DNA from: the human T2T-CHM13v2.0 reference genome, Homo sapiens
Assembly (NCBI RefSeq): GCF_009914755.1
Contig: NC_060930.1
Length of the DNA: 64,000 nucleotides
Reading direction: 5' to 3' (one strand)
Shown here: positions 11,644 through 30,132 of the stretch, piece by piece
Layout: each line of letters opens with the position of its first letter
How positions within the stretch are numbered: the first letter of the stretch is position 1
Notes under the pieces: model-generated
Database searches by the model: none
Told to the model about the DNA's origin: nothing
What the model saw: only the letters and a program-made list of their open reading frames with translations
Position numbers and translations under genes: made by a program

Positions 11644-14600
11644 GCAGTTCATGCCTTTTGTGCCATATCTAGAAAACTTTTGCCTAAACCAGCGATGATT
11701 TATTCTATCAGTGTTATTGTTTTAGGTCTTAAATTTAGGTCAATGGCCCATTTTTAGTTACTTTTATAAACAATGCAAACACCAAGGCTTATCTTTTTGT
11801 TTATAAATATCTACTTGTTCAAACACCATTTGTTAAAAAGATAATCTTTCCCCTCATTGAATTACACCGACATCTGTGTCAAAAATCAATTGACCACAGT
11901 GTGACAGTCTGTTTCTATTCATTCCATTGACTATGTCTACTTTTATGCCAATACTGTACTGTCTTGATGACCACATCACTGTAGTATAGCTTTAAAAGAC
12001 AGTGTGAGTTCTCCAACTTTATTCTTCTTTCGCAAAGTTCTTTGGGTTATTCTACATCCTCTGAACTTCTGATTAAGTTTAGGAATCTGTTTGCCAAATT
12101 CTGTGGAGATTTTGATTGGTGTTGCATTGGATTCTCAAAATCAGTTTGGAAAATCAGCACCCTAACAACACTAAGTCTTCTGATCATGACCTTAGCCTGC
12201 ATTATTCATTTAGAACCTCCCTTTAAGCTCTCAGCCATGTTTTGTAATTTTCAGTACACAAACCTTGCCCATGTTTTGTAATATTGGGATCCTACTGTAT
12301 GTCATTTTAATTTCAATTTCTCATTTTTGTTTCCTTTATAAAGAAATAAAAAATTGACTTTGGCATATTTACCTTACGTCCTGCAACCATCCTAAACACG
12401 TGAGTCTTAATAGCTGCTTTTGCAGATAATTTGGAATCTTCTAGGTAAATAGTAATGTTGTATGAAAATAAATGCAGCTTGCTTTCTTCCTTTCCAATTT
12501 GTATAACTTACATTTCTTTTTTACCTTCTTGCACTACCAATAATTTTCAGTATAATGTTGAATGGGAGTGGTGCAATGTCCTCATCTGAAGGCAAAAGCC
12601 TTCCATCTTTCACATTAGGTGTGATGCTGGCTGTCAGCTTTTTGTAGAAGCACTGTATCATATTGAGGATGTTTCTTTTTTATCCATAATTTTTAGAATT
12701 TTAGGAGAAATAGATTTCGAGTTTTCTGAAGTGATTTTTATGCATCTATTAAGATGATCATGTGGTTTTTCTCTTTAGTCTGTTAATATGGTAAATTCCA
12801 TGCATTTATTTTCAAATATTAAACCAAATTTGCACTTGCTGGAATAAGTTCTACTTTTTTATGATGCATTATTCTTTTTGTATGTTGCTGGATTCAATTT
12901 GCTAATATTTTCCTAAGGAAAATATATATTATTTTTTAAGTGTATATTTAGGAGAGACATGGTCCTATAGTTTTCTGTTTTTGTTTTTGTTTTTCTTGTA
13001 ATGTCTTTGCACGGGTTTTAGTATCGGGGTAATTTTGGCTTCATAAAATACTTCCTCCTCTTTTATTTTCTGGACATATTTGTGTAGAATTGGTAATATT
13101 TCTTCCTTAAATGTTCGATAGAATTCACTAGTGAATTCAATTAGTCTGAAAACTTCCTTGTGGGGGTTTTTAACAACAAATTAAAAACCTTTAATAAATA
13201 TAAGACTATACAGTGAGTAAATATACATGTTAATTATTTTCTATTTTTCTACCTCCAAGTTTTCTGATTTTTTTCCACTTCTGTGCCCAATGTATTAATC
13301 AGCTCATTACAGAATACTTCACCTCTGGTATCACTTCTGAAGGTTTCTAAACACAGCCATGTGACTTATCTTCATCGCTTTCCCCTCTGTGCTAAAACTC
13401 AGTGTCTCCTCACACACACTGTCCACTCTTTCTGGTAGATCTCTCATCATATTTATTATAGTTACTTTCAAGTCTCGTCTGTTGGTTCTAGCGTCTGGGC
13501 CAGTCTCGAGGACAGGTTGGCTTTTGTTTGTTTGTTTTGGTATGTGTCTTCGAATTGTTAATCAAATACTGGGTATGGTGAGTAGAGGAACAGCAAAGGC
13601 CGAGATGACTTTAAATTACACCTGCACCCAAGCTGGCCCACCTCGGTCCCTGAGCCGGGATTTGTCTTGTCAGGAGCTGACCAGGCCTCGCTGCTTGGTC
13701 TTTGCCTTCAGTGTGCCCCGTCTTCAGTCCCGCTCGGGCACCTGCGGCTGAGCTTCTCTTGGGACCTGGGACCTGGCCCAGCACAGCGGGATTTCCAGTA
13801 CCCGCTGCACCCTCAGCACTGAGCAGGTGCCGCTCACCTGGCCACAGCCGGCTCTTCACTGCGTGCCCCGCCCGAGGAAGACCGACGCTGTCCATTCTTG
13901 CTGGGAGGTGCGTGGTGAGGCCAGGGGGCTCCGAGGCCTCCTGTCCAGCCTGTCTCAGAGGCAGCCCAAGGACCCAGGCCTCAAGGGTCTGGGGTGGGAG
14001 AGCGCCCTGCCCACCCCCACGGAGCAGCCTTCTCTAGGCTCTCCCAGCCCTTCCCCGGGGTGGAAGGCTCGGCCGCTCCCTGACCCCTGGCCTCAGCAGC
14101 CCTTCCCTGGGCCAGAGGCCACACTGCAGTTTTCTCAGCTCAGGCTCACTGTGGAGCAGGGGTCACTCCGGACCCTCTCAGAGCTCCCACCTCTTCCCCG
14201 AGGCAGGGCCTTCCCCCTCCCACTGGCTAAGGGCTCTGTACCACAAGAGGGAAAAGGCGACCGCAGGGTGGACCTCTGTGTCTGTCCACCTGAGGGCTCC
14301 CCGCTCCTGCCTAGCCCCCAGTCCCCTCCCCCTGCGAGAAGGCTGCAGAGGACACTGGAGTGAGGATGGCCCCGTGGCTGGGGCTCTGGGGTCCTAGGCT
14401 GGTGCTGGGCCCACACCCAGCTGTGTCCTCATCACCTCTGTGGGGGTGGCTGTGTCTTCCACCCGCCCTCTGCCCCTCCCGGGCTCCCCACCCTTCAGGC
14501 TGCCACCTGGCCGCCCTGCTCCCGATAAGTTCAGGGAAGGTGGGGTTCCCAGATGACCTGGCTGGGCTTCATTGCAAACCAGGTTGTCACTGCGTTCTAA

Positions 14601-15509
14601 GTCCTAGGCATAACTGGAAGCTTTTTGTTTTACTTGGTTGGTTGTTTGCTTTTTACCAATAATCTATCCAAATATCTTCTACGGAATGAAAATAAAGCTT
14701 GCACATGGAAATGGAAATTAAGAAACAGAAGTTTTTCTGGTTCAAAATGAGCTTGACAGTTGGTTTGACTTCTGTGTCTGAGACACATAAACGCAACGCA
14801 GGCTCTGCATGAGCACAGGCTCCTTGGCAAAAGCCCCAGATCACAAAGTCAAAGCCCTTACTGGCTCACAGGGAGCACCTGAGTCATGGGCTGAGGACCT
14901 CAGGCTTGAAAGCCCTGTACCAGCCGGTCAGCGGCTAACATTATTTGCTAAAATTAACAGTTGGAAATCAATGCCTTGTCCAACAGAGGTACAATTGAGC
15001 TATAATTGATTCAAGGAAGTAAAATAACACTGAAGAAGGGTGGTCAGCCTCTAACTTACAAGGTGAAGTGCTTCCGACCTTCCTAACGCAATGGTTCTGG
15101 GGAAGGCAAGGATGAGAGTGTCAGCATGTCAATGATAATAGCATTGTGCTTATGGAGGAAAATGTATTTATTTTTCAGAGAGCCATACTGAAAAATTTAG
15201 GAATGAAATGTTATGGTTTATATACATCACCAAAAAAATACTTGAGCAAAAAATATTCACAAAAAAATACAAATATAAAACAAAATCAAAAAAAGTTTAT
15301 CTAGTCCACGTTCAAAGTCCCCCAATTGTCCAAAGAAATATACTTTACTGCTGGTTTCTTCAAATCAGAATGGAACCAACAAGTAAATGTTACATTGTAT
15401 TATCATGTCCCTACGTGTCATTAATACACAGCAGTCCTTCCCAGTCTTTTGTGTCAGTCTTGTTTTCTTGCAGGTAGACCAGGTATCCTCAAGGCCTCAC
15501 CACTGGAGG

Positions 15510-15948
15510 ACTCGGAATCTTGGCCGCAAAGATACTAACAGATGTCCACGTGATAAGCCCCAGGACCTGTGAGAATGGTATGCGGCAAAGGGGCTTTGCA
15601 GCTTTGGACAAACAAGGAGGACCACCCTGGATTTTCTATGTGAGTTTAATCTCACCAGGGCCCTCATAAGAGGAAGGCAGCAGGTCAGAGTCAGAGGACG
15701 AGATGTGGCCATGGAGGTCGGGATGGATGGGAGTGAGGCCGCTGCAGGAAAGGGCCGTGAGCAAAGGAGTTCTGGCACCTCTGGAGGCTGGCACAGGCAG
15801 GAAGTGGGTTCTGGAAATGAAACACAGCCTCTGCCAACTCCTCGATCTTAGGATCTGTGCCCTCCAGAACCGTTAGACAACCAGTGTGTGTTGTTTTACA
15901 CCACCACGTTTGTGGTGATTAGTTCCAGCAGCCAGAAGGAACTCACAG
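15510..15948 (+). mobile_element. MLT1D-like LTR
   Basis: agatgtccacgtgataagccccaggacctgtga...cataagaggaaggcag...gtttgtggtgattagttccagcagcc. Confidence 0.7.
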
Positions 15949-16404
15949 CCACCCGCTGGGGGACCCGCGCGTAAGTCATGGTGTTCCCCCCTTGTGTCTT
16001 TATTGCTTTTTTCCTGTAATTAGCTGGTTATGTTCAAAGTAGCTTCCTGCATTGTTCCGTGAATTCATGGCTATATATTTTATACTGTGATGATCACGTC
16101 TCCTGCACATCAAACACCCAAAAACCAGAGGACTTGTCATTCATCACTGCAGTGTCTACGTGGCCTTTTCCAGGATACGTTATGAAGAAATGTTTGTTAG
16201 ATAAATAAGTGAGTAAATGTGTACTATTGATGTAGCAACTTTTAAGGGAAGACATTAGAATAAGGGGGAATTGAGCCTTACCATATCTGAGGGGTTAGTT
16301 ACTGTATATTTATCATTATTTTCTAAATGTAAAATGAAATGGACTCGCTTCTTGTTTATAATGGGGGCTTTGGAATAGTATGGTTCACCAATGTAAAAAT
16401 AGAT

Positions 16405-16752
16405 GCCATCCCAATGTAGTCACAAGGGTGCTTATAAGAGGGAGGTGGAAATCAGAGCAGGGCAGGGGAGGGGAGGGGAGGGGAGGGGAGGGGAGGGGAG
16501 GGGAGGGGAGGGGAGGGGAGGGGAGGAGAGGAGAGGGGAGGAGAGGAGAGGAGAGGAGAGGCGGCACTGGAGGCTCTGGAGGTGCAGCACAGGGCCTCCA
16601 GCCAGGGTATGTGGACAAAGGCCCAGAAATGGGTTCTCCCTTGGGCTTCCACAAGGAAGGCAGTCTGCTGATGCCTGGATTTCAGCCCAGTGAGACTGAT
16701 TTTGGACTTCTGCTCTCAAAAGTGGTAAGATGATAAATTTGTGGACTTTTAA
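16405..16752 (+). mobile_element. MLT1-like LTR fragment containing a purine repeat
   Basis: cccaatgtagtcacaagggtgcttataagagggagg ... atttcagcccagtgagactgattttggacttctg. Confidence 0.65.
16464..16561 (+). repeat. (AGGGG)n/(AGAGG)n pentanucleotide purine repeat
   Basis: Read directly; ~100 nt all-purine. Confidence 0.95.
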
Positions 16753-17535
16753 AATTAACTAAAATAGAAAAGGACAAAAATCGACCTCTCCAATAGGTAA
16801 TGAGTTCAACTATTGAATGAAATTAGTATTATTCCATATATATATATATGTAAGCAATAAGCTTAGTGTTAACATAAAAAATAGATGCCATAATGCCACT
16901 TGTTTGCAGGAAGTAAAAATTTGAAAGTGAACACTGGAAACTGTTCTGCAAAGCTGCCCCCAAATGACTCCTTTGCTCCTAAAACAGACCTCCAGCTGCT
17001 GTGTGCCTGTGGTCTTGCTCCTTGATCTGCAGTGTCCTGCACCATCCACACTCAAGCATGCTCTGGCACCTGGGCACCAAGTTCCTGCAAAGCCTGTGAG
17101 AAATCCACTGGACCAGAACCTGAAGTTTTATCAAAGTCTTGGTGGTTTCCATGCACAGCAAAAAGAAACAGACTTCCAGGCTTTCATGTGAGAGTGCGAC
17201 GGCCTTCCTCTCTCTACCTCCCCACGAGTAGAGCTGCCCGGGGACCCTCTGTGGCTGAAAAACAGAGAAAGTTTGCCTGGCACAGACACATTCCAGGACT
17301 GGGCAAATGGTTTGGGGAGCTGGTTTTCAAATGCTCCTTTACAACCCTCTAGGAAAACAAGGTGTGGTGCTTTCCTTTCCTCGCCATTTCTCCAGCAGCA
17401 CTCTGAGGATATGCAATGCTAGACAGCACGTCCTTACTGTAACAAAATGCCAGTGAGTTGTGTCCTGAGCCCAGGAGGCTTAACTAATCACTAACCTTGA
17501 AATGTACCATCTCACATTGTTTAAAAAGAAAGCTG

Positions 17536-18123
<588 letters not shown>

Positions 18124-19038
18124 ACCTGAATATCCCTGGTGCGTTAAAAGGAAGATACTGCATTCTAGTAAGAGTCAAGGCCATGTCTGCAGCTTCAGCG
18201 CTGACGCGTGCTTCTTGCCATGCTGAGCCAGGCAAAGTGCGTGCTGCACCTGCTCTTTCAAAGACAGTGGTCCCAGAGCTGACGATGAGCTTTTTCCAAA
18301 GCCTGAAGATGAAAGTGTCAGAAGAATACTGTATGTTTTTTCAAAGTTATAGGAGGGTAAGGTGAGAACACAAGAACAAAAACTTAATTGCAGAGGAAAA
18401 ATAGAAAAACTCAGCAGGTCTGAGATGGCAGCTCTGATCTAGACACAGCAGGTGCTGCACCCAGCCTCCAGAGGCCCACAGCCGAAGGCCTGCAGAGGCT
18501 GAGTCAGAAAGGACCTAGTGATTGCACTTCACTGCTAAGGAAAAGGTGAGAGGGGGCTGACAGCAAGTAATGGGACCTGTGTTTCATTCCTCCCTTTTGA
18601 CATGGTATGACGGTAACACCCCGTGACCACTCTCTAAAGAGATGAGGAAGAGGCCAGGAGTGAGGCTTGTTTGGTAGAGGACAGAGGGTCTGATACAAAA
18701 TCACCCTAAAATATTCTCTAATCACCAATTGGTCCCCGCTATGACCAGGAGTTTGTGGTGGCCTCAGGTCTTCCCTAAGGGTCACCGTGATTCTGGTGCC
18801 CTTGGACAAGCCTCAAGCAGGATCTGGCATCTCTCGAGCGAACAAAAGCCAGTGCCCAGGCAGCAGGGAGGCCTCTACACACCTCCAGCGGTAGTAGAAG
18901 CAAAAATCATGATAAAAAATCAGGTCAGCGTGCAACTCATCGATTTTGGCTCATGCCCCAAAAAGCAGGTTCTCTCGCAAAGACTCTGAGACCCTGACCC
19001 ACAACGCCAACCGAACGGGGGTTCCCAAGCACAGTATC

Positions 19039-19446
19039 TGCTAGGGGTCGAATTATGCTCCCCAAAAGATACGTGAGTCTCCAACCCCCAGTCCCTCGAA
19101 ATGTGGCCTTGTTTGGAAATAGGGTCATTGCAGGTGTAATAAGATGAAAGTCGCCAGGGTGGCCCTGATCCAATATAACTGCGTTCTTAGAACACCATGT
19201 GAAGATGGAGGTGGAGACTGGAGAGAGAATCCCACCAGCCAAGGAACACCAGAGGTCACCAGCAAAGCACAGAGGACAGGGAGAGGTTGGGACAAATTCT
19301 CCCAAAGAGTCCCCAGCAGCAGCCAGCCCTGTGGATGCTGTGATCACAGACTTCCAGCTCCAGAACGGTGAGGGAGTGAATTTCTGCTATTTAAGCTGCC
19401 CGGTGCATGGAACTTTGTTGCAAGGCTCCAGGAGACTAATCCAGCA
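19039..19446 (+). mobile_element. MLT1B/C LTR
   Basis: gaattatgctccccaaaagatac...ttgtttggaaatagggtc...gccaaggaacaccaga...cagacttccagctccagaac. Confidence 0.8.
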
Positions 19447-20658
19447 CTGAAGCCAGAGGGGCTGTATCCATAACGGACCCGAAGGGCTTTCAAATCTCTT
19501 CTGTGAGCATCACGTCCCACAACTTGTGTCTCCGGCCAGCTCCGTGCTTCTTAGCCCAATACCCAGAGTTACTTATCTTAAAAATACAGACAGGGAAAAT
19601 GGAGATTAAGATGGTGGATAGGAGGCAGGACTGGCTTGCAGCTCCTGCTGGAACAGACAAAGCAGCATGTGGAGAGACCCACATCGTGAACTTTTGTTCC
19701 AAGAACTACCACAGCAACATACCAGGAAAGCCTAGAGAATCCACGGACCCTTTGAAGGAACTTTATCGCTGCTGCAGGCTCCATGAGACGCTGAAAAACC
19801 GTGAGTCTGCCTGCCTTCTCAGTGGGGAGGGCAAGTTCTCAGCCCAGGTCACCGGCTGCCTAGAAATAGACTCGGTGCTGTTGGGGGCACAGTGGGAGTG
19901 AGACCAGCCTTTAGGACTGTGGGCTGCATGGGAGCAGGGTGAGGCCTGTGACCGCCGCCTTTACCCCACTTTCCTGGTGATCTGTGTGATGCAGCAGAGG
20001 CCCCCTGCGAACATAGCTCCATTGGCCTGGGAATCACACCCCCATCCCCCACAGCAGCCACACCAAACCCTGCTCAAGGAGAATCTGAGATCAGAAACAC
20101 CTAACCCTGTCCCACCTGGGGGTCTTTCTCTACCTGCCTTGGTAGCCAAAGACGAAGGACATAATCCCTTGGGAGCTCTACAGCCCTGACCACCTCTGGA
20201 GAAACCTGAATACTTCAAAGGTGACCCAAGGGCAAGCTTGTCTTCTCCCTGTACAACCTCAGCTGATGCACTCCTGAAAGCACCACCTCCTGGCTGGAGG
20301 ACAACCAACACAAAACCAGTGCACTGAACAAAAACACAACCAAGGACCCTCATAGAGTCCACTTCACTCCCTGCTACCTCCACTGGAGCAGGTGCTGGTA
20401 TCCACAGCTGAAAGACGTGAAGACGGATCACATCACAGGACTCTTTGCAGACGTTCCTCAGTACCAGCCCAGAGCCAGTAGCTCTGCTGGGTGGCTAGAT
20501 CCAGAAGAGCAAAAACAATCACTACAGTTCAGCTCTCAGGAAGCCCCATCCCTAGGGGAAGGGGGAGAACACCACATCAAGGGAGTACCCCATGGAACAA
20601 AAGAATCTGAAAAGCAGGTCTTGAGTCCCAGATCTTCCCTCAGACATAGTCTACCCAA

Positions 20659-21657
20659 ATGAGAAGGAACCAGAAAACAATTCTGGTAATATGACAAAAC
20701 AAGGTTCTTTAACACCTCCAAAAGATCACACCAGCACACCAGCAATGGATCCAAACCAAAAGGAAATCTCTGAATTGCCAGAAAAAGAATTCAGAAGGTC
20801 AATTATTAAGCTACTTAAGGAGGCACCAGAGAAAGGTGAACTCCAACTTAAAGAAATAAAAAAAAACATGTTATACAAAATGAAAGGAAAATTCTTCAGT
20901 GAAATAGCATAAATAAAAAAATAATCACAACTTCTGGAAATCAAAGACACACTTAGAGAAATACAAAATGTGCTGGAAAGTCTCAGCAATAGACTCAAAC
21001 AAGCAGAAGAAAGAACTTCAGAGCTCAAAGACAAGGCTTTCGAATTAACCCAATGCATCAAAGACAAAGAAAAAAGAATTTTAAAACATGAACAAAAGCT
21101 CCAAGAAGCTTGGGATTGTGTTAAGCATCCAAACCTAAGAATAATTGGTGTTCCCGAGAAAGAAGAGAAATCTAAAAGTCTGGAAAACATTTGAGGGAAA
21201 AATCAAGGACAGCTTGCCCAGCCTTGCTAGAGATCTAGACATTCAAATACAAGAAGCTCAAAGAACATCTGGGAAGTTCATCACAAAAAGATCATTGCCT
21301 AGACACATAGTCATCAAGTTATCTACAGTCAAGATGAAGGAAAGAATCTTAAGAGCTATGAGGCAAAAGCATCAGGTAACCTATAAAGGAAAACCTATAA
21401 GATTAACAGCAGATTTCTCGGCAGAAACCCTACAAGCTAGAAGGGATCGGGGTCCTATGTTTAGCCTCCTTAAAGAAAACAATTATCAGCCAAGAATTTT
21501 GTATCCAGTGAAACTAAACTTCATAAATGAAGGAAAGATACAATCTTTTCCAGACAAACAAATGTTAAGAGAATTTGCCACTACCAAGCCAGCACTACGA
21601 GAACTGCTAGAAGGAGCCCTAAATCTTGAAACAAATCCTCTAAATACACCAAAATAG
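20659..21657 (+). pseudogene. Disrupted L1 ORF1p
   Basis: Fragments MTKQGSLTPPKDH..., LRIIGVPE, YKGKPIRLTADFSAETLQARR, YQPRILYP in different frames with stops. Confidence 0.9.
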
Positions 21658-21753
21658 AAACTTCTTAAAACATAAATCTCACAGAACCTATATAACAATA
21701 ACACAACAACAACAAAAAAAACAAACCAAGGTATTCAGGCAACAAATAGCACA

Positions 21754-25570
<3,817 letters not shown>

Positions 25571-26710
25571 GATTCAAAGGACTTTGGGAACTCACGGGAA
25601 GGGGTGGGAGGGGGATGAAGGATGAAAGGCTACACACTGGGTACAGTGTACACTGCTTGGGTGATGGGTGCACCAAAGTCTCAGAAATCACCACTAAAGA
25701 ACTTATTCATGCAACCAAATACCACCCGTTCCCCAAAATCCTATTGAAATAAAAAATTAATTTTTAAAAAATTAATTTTAAAAATATATATATATATGTG
25801 GGTCCCATCACTCTCCTGCTTAGAAGTCCCAAAAGGCTTCCAGGAAAAAAGGATATAATCCAAGACCTTGCCATGGCCTCGAATCCTGACATCACACTCT
25901 TCTCTCCACATGCATCTCAGGCCAGCCTGGGCAGCCCCAGGCCTGCACATGGTTCCTGAAGCCAAGCCCAGCTGAGGCTTCCTTGGTCCGGCCATGCCAG
26001 GGTCTGTCTGTCTGTCTGTCTGGGACAATCCACCCCTGGTCTTGCTGGTTGGTTTCTTCTCATCAGTCAGGTCGTGGCCTAAACATGGCGTGGGTAGAGA
26101 AGTCTACGGTAACCATGCCCCATGCCTCTGCTGGTATGGCCCACGCAGAGCACTCCCTGTCACCCTATTTCTGCACAGTACTTACCCCCGTGTGAAACCA
26201 TCTTGTTGAGCTAGTTGTTTATTTGCGAGGATGCTAAAATATAAGATTCGTGCTGTCTTCTTTTTCATAGAATCCTGGTGCCCAGCACAGGGCCAGACAC
26301 ACAGTTATCACTCCCCAGACTTTGCCCGAAGAATAAAAGAAGAAGGGAGGGTGAGGTGGGGGCGGATCAGCTTGAGTCACCACGCGTGTAGCTGACAGTG
26401 GAGGACCCCAGGCCACCCCCGCCCGTGGAAATCCATGAGACCGTTCATCGTTTCAAGAAGGACATTGCAATGTTTACCCTATTAACTTGGAGATAGGCAT
26501 TTATTGGGCTAAATCCTCACGTAGAATGAGCTTTCCCAACACAGGAGCTGCGTCCTATGCATACTCAGTCCCATGTGCCTGGCGCAGTGTGTGGCCTGAG
26601 ACTGACACCAGCATGTGTTCACAGCCGTTTCCTCAAGCTGACTGAATTCTCGCCTTCGCTTTCTTTGGAAATGGTTTTATAGGGTTTGCTCCATCTGTTC
26701 TACATAAGAC

Positions 26711-26860
26711 AGAAGTGAGACACCGGGTTCAGGGACCAGGGGCACTCATGCCTGGCTCCGCTGTGCCCACGGGGCCTCCACCAGAGAAGTGTGAGACTCC
26801 GGGTTCAGGAACGAGGGGCACTCACGCATGGCTCTGCTATGCCCACGGGGCCTCCGCCAG
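26711..26860 (+). repeat. Two-copy tandem repeat, ~76-bp unit
   Basis: gtgagac(a/t)ccgggttcagg...gcccacggggcctcc(a/g)ccag starts at 26715 and again at 26791, with several substitutions. Confidence 0.9.
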
Positions 26861-29800
26861 GGACGTGGAGCGGAGGCGTTTCCTTCTTGGTGGCCACTCA
26901 ACGTGCATTTGGCAAGTGGGATGTTTGGGTTCTACATCCTGGAAAAATATGTCTTCATGATTCCCTGGAGAATTTTATGACTCACATAAATTGCAAAGTC
27001 TGTCTCCACACCCAGCTCTCAGCTGCATGTACATTACAAGGGTACAAGGATTTTTTTTCCCCATTTTATTACTTCAAAATACCTGAAGGATAACAAACTA
27101 TACAATTTTCTAACTGACACCTTGCATCTTACCCAAACACACACAGCATTATCTATGGGAGAAAATCCACTCAATTAAAAAAAAACCTATATATGTATAT
27201 AAATCTTACCAAAATTATTTAAATTGTCCATCTAGGATTAATAAAATATAAGGAGCTTTTGTAATTCTTGTAAATCAATAATACATCCCACCTATGACAA
27301 GATAGCAGTGAATAGGGAGGTATAATTTTTAAAAGCAGCTCCATCTAAAAGCCCCCGGATTTTTGTGCACTCATAAAGAAATAATGCTTGTCTTTCTCCA
27401 GTGTGAAGAGAGGAGAGAGATTTTGGAAAGAGAGGAGAAAGGGTCTCAGTGTGGCAATGCAGGTCCCGTGAGTTCCACGCAGCCTCGGCCAGGGTCACAG
27501 ATCTGAGCCCCTGCGTCCTCCTCAGGAAAGCTCTGCTCGGGATGGCGGCTCAGCGGGAAGCCAGGCTGCTTCTGAGGTCTCACGGGGGATGAACCTATGG
27601 GAGGTGGGCTCCCCCACATGTGGGTGAGGAGGGAGATGACAGGGACATGGAGGGACAGACAACGTGGCCAGCACCCTCTGTGTGACCAGAGATGCCTGTA
27701 GCACCGAGATAAGGCCTGAACAGAAGGAAGGGACTGAGCCACCAGGTTTGACCCATGACCTGACTGCATTAGCCAAAAATAAAAAATCTGCCCCCATTGT
27801 TGAGTACACTGTGGGAAATCAAGGGTTCTAGGAGGAGAAAATAAGTCTGTAGAAAAAGCCTTTGTTTGAAATTCCCTCACTCATTAGTTCTCTGCTATAC
27901 TTAGCAAATTACATCACCTTTGGTGCCTCGATTTCACCACCTGAAAAATGGGGGAAAACTAACAGACCTCCTGCCCACTTCCCAGGGCTGAGGGAGGGTG
28001 CAAGGCGTGGAAAACAGGCGCACATCAAGAGTTGGGTTGTTATTTCACAGCCAGTCCTCCGCAGGCAGGAGGAGAGCCACGCCACCAGTCCTCAGGGGCT
28101 CAGACCTGGGAGGCCTTACAGACACCCAAACTGGATCTCATCGCCTTCTCCAACCTGCTGCTCCGCACACTAGACACAGAGAAAACGGAGCTTTCTTTGG
28201 GTCTTTTGCTTCATGATTTAGCAACGACCTCAACGCAGAAGGTGATTCTTGGCTGTGATCGGATGAGCACAATTTTTTTCTGGAGAACCGGCGTTTTCTT
28301 TATGAGACACCCCCATAAAATCACCAGGCAGCAGAGATAGTTACTGCTCTGCCCCAGAGGCTACAAGGAAGCCCCCACAGGCCATTTGCTGGTGCACACT
28401 CCCTGGAGCCATGCGTGAGGAGCCAGCGGTGAGTGCTCCGCTCCAGGCTCCCGATTTGGTGCTCTCAGACCACGGGACACAGTCTCCAGCCGGTGCCCAC
28501 GATTTTAGAGACTGTTCCCATTCGCACTGAGTAATCCTCTGTTTCTCGGAAAGAAAGCACTCTGGGAAATGTGCAAAGGCTGACTTTGTTACAGAAGCAG
28601 AAAAATGAGGATCCCAGAAACTGAAAAGAGCTATACACTGTCTTCATCTGCCCAGGAATGACAAATGACAAACACTCAGTGAGAAAGGAATAACCAGAAG
28701 GAGGGATGTCTGCAGATGACAAGAGCCAGACTTCTTGTCTTTTGTGGATTCTTGCAAATAATTACCACTTACACATCAAATGATATGCTGTCCCAATCTT
28801 CTTTACAAAATCATACGTTTTTCTTCTTTTCTGCCTCAATAAATGCTAATGTTCCATGAAGCCAATGTTATTCTCACCCGCTCCACAGTGCGTCTAAACA
28901 CAGATGGGCCTGCAGTGGCTTAGCCGCATCACCCGCTTTCCAGGAGGCATGATGCTTACCCTACCCTTTTCTAGCATTTCTGCAAGGACTAAAGTGATTC
29001 TTGTCTGCTGGACAGAGAAACAGTAAGAAATACAAATGCAAATAGACTGCCATCATGGTGACTTATGTAACACCAGCTTTCAGAGACGCCACAGAGACAG
29101 ATTCACAGGAGGTAATAAGCAGGGCCTGGAAGATTGTTTTATCAATCTTCTTTCAAATCTACTAGTGATTTCTTGTAAACAGTAATTGCATTGCTCTTAA
29201 TTGCTTCATTAGTGCCTGGGCTTCATTATTCACCTTGTCTCACTTCTATTCAGACCAGTTTAGATTGTTTTTCTTTCTGTTTTTTTATGAGGAACAATGG
29301 AATTCTGTCTGGATTGCAGAGACATGAGAGGCAACGTGGCCGCACAGGCGGTTTAGCCTGTCCCGGGCCATATCCTGCTGGAGCTTTGGCCCAGAGCTCC
29401 TGAACACACCCGGCCTGGCTCTCTCTTTCACCCTTTCTGCCTGTTGCCACGAGTCTCTTCCTGACCCTTTTCCTCACCAGGGGACTCGTCGAGGGGTCCA
29501 AGCAGCAACGGCTCGGCAACTCCGGGAGCTGGGCATTGGAGGAGGCCACGCTGACACGCTCAGGAGCTCATCCCTGAGCGCCCACAGGCCCCTGGATGTC
29601 CCTGTAAGGAGGCTTCCTGCCCAGGCCTGAGGGTCCCTCTGTGACCTCTCAGCTGGTGCTGTGTCTTCAGCACCCTCCTTGGCTCAAAGAGACTGTCATC
29701 TGGCAGCCGAAACCCTGTGATCCCCGTGTGGCTGTGTCCTGCCAACTGATGGTGACAGCAGGAAATGCACCTGCCCTGCCCCCTCGCCCGGATACTTTCT

Positions 29801-30002
29801 ATTCTGCTATCAAAAACAGAGTAAAATTTGAGAGGAAAGGGAAAGTACCCCCGTAGCCACAAGGAAATGAAGTGGAATCACGCTGACATTTTCAATAACA
29901 CCTGGATCTGGTTTTATAAAGTTGACCTAACAAGAAAATGGTCCTATTGTTATCAATAAACATAACCCTGAAATCTAAGCGCTTTAAAAATCCATGCAAC
30001 AG

Positions 30003-30132
30003 GGCAGGTGTGGTGGCTTATGCCTGTAGTCACAGCACTTTGGGAGGCCAAGGCGAGAGGATCGTTTGAGTTCAGGGGCTCGAGACCAGCCTAGGCAATA
30101 TAGTGAGACCCTGTGTCTACAAAACAAAAACT
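30003..30132 (+). mobile_element. Alu left monomer (FLAM-like)
   Basis: Single Alu arm with A-rich end; TSD-like aaat(c/t)catgcaaca on both sides. Confidence 0.88.

Noticed and set aside
13389-14662. GC-rich stretch with ORFs up to 178 aa
   Set aside because: Pro/Ser/Leu-rich with no homology I recognise; modest CpG content; probably partly decayed L1M 5' sequence.
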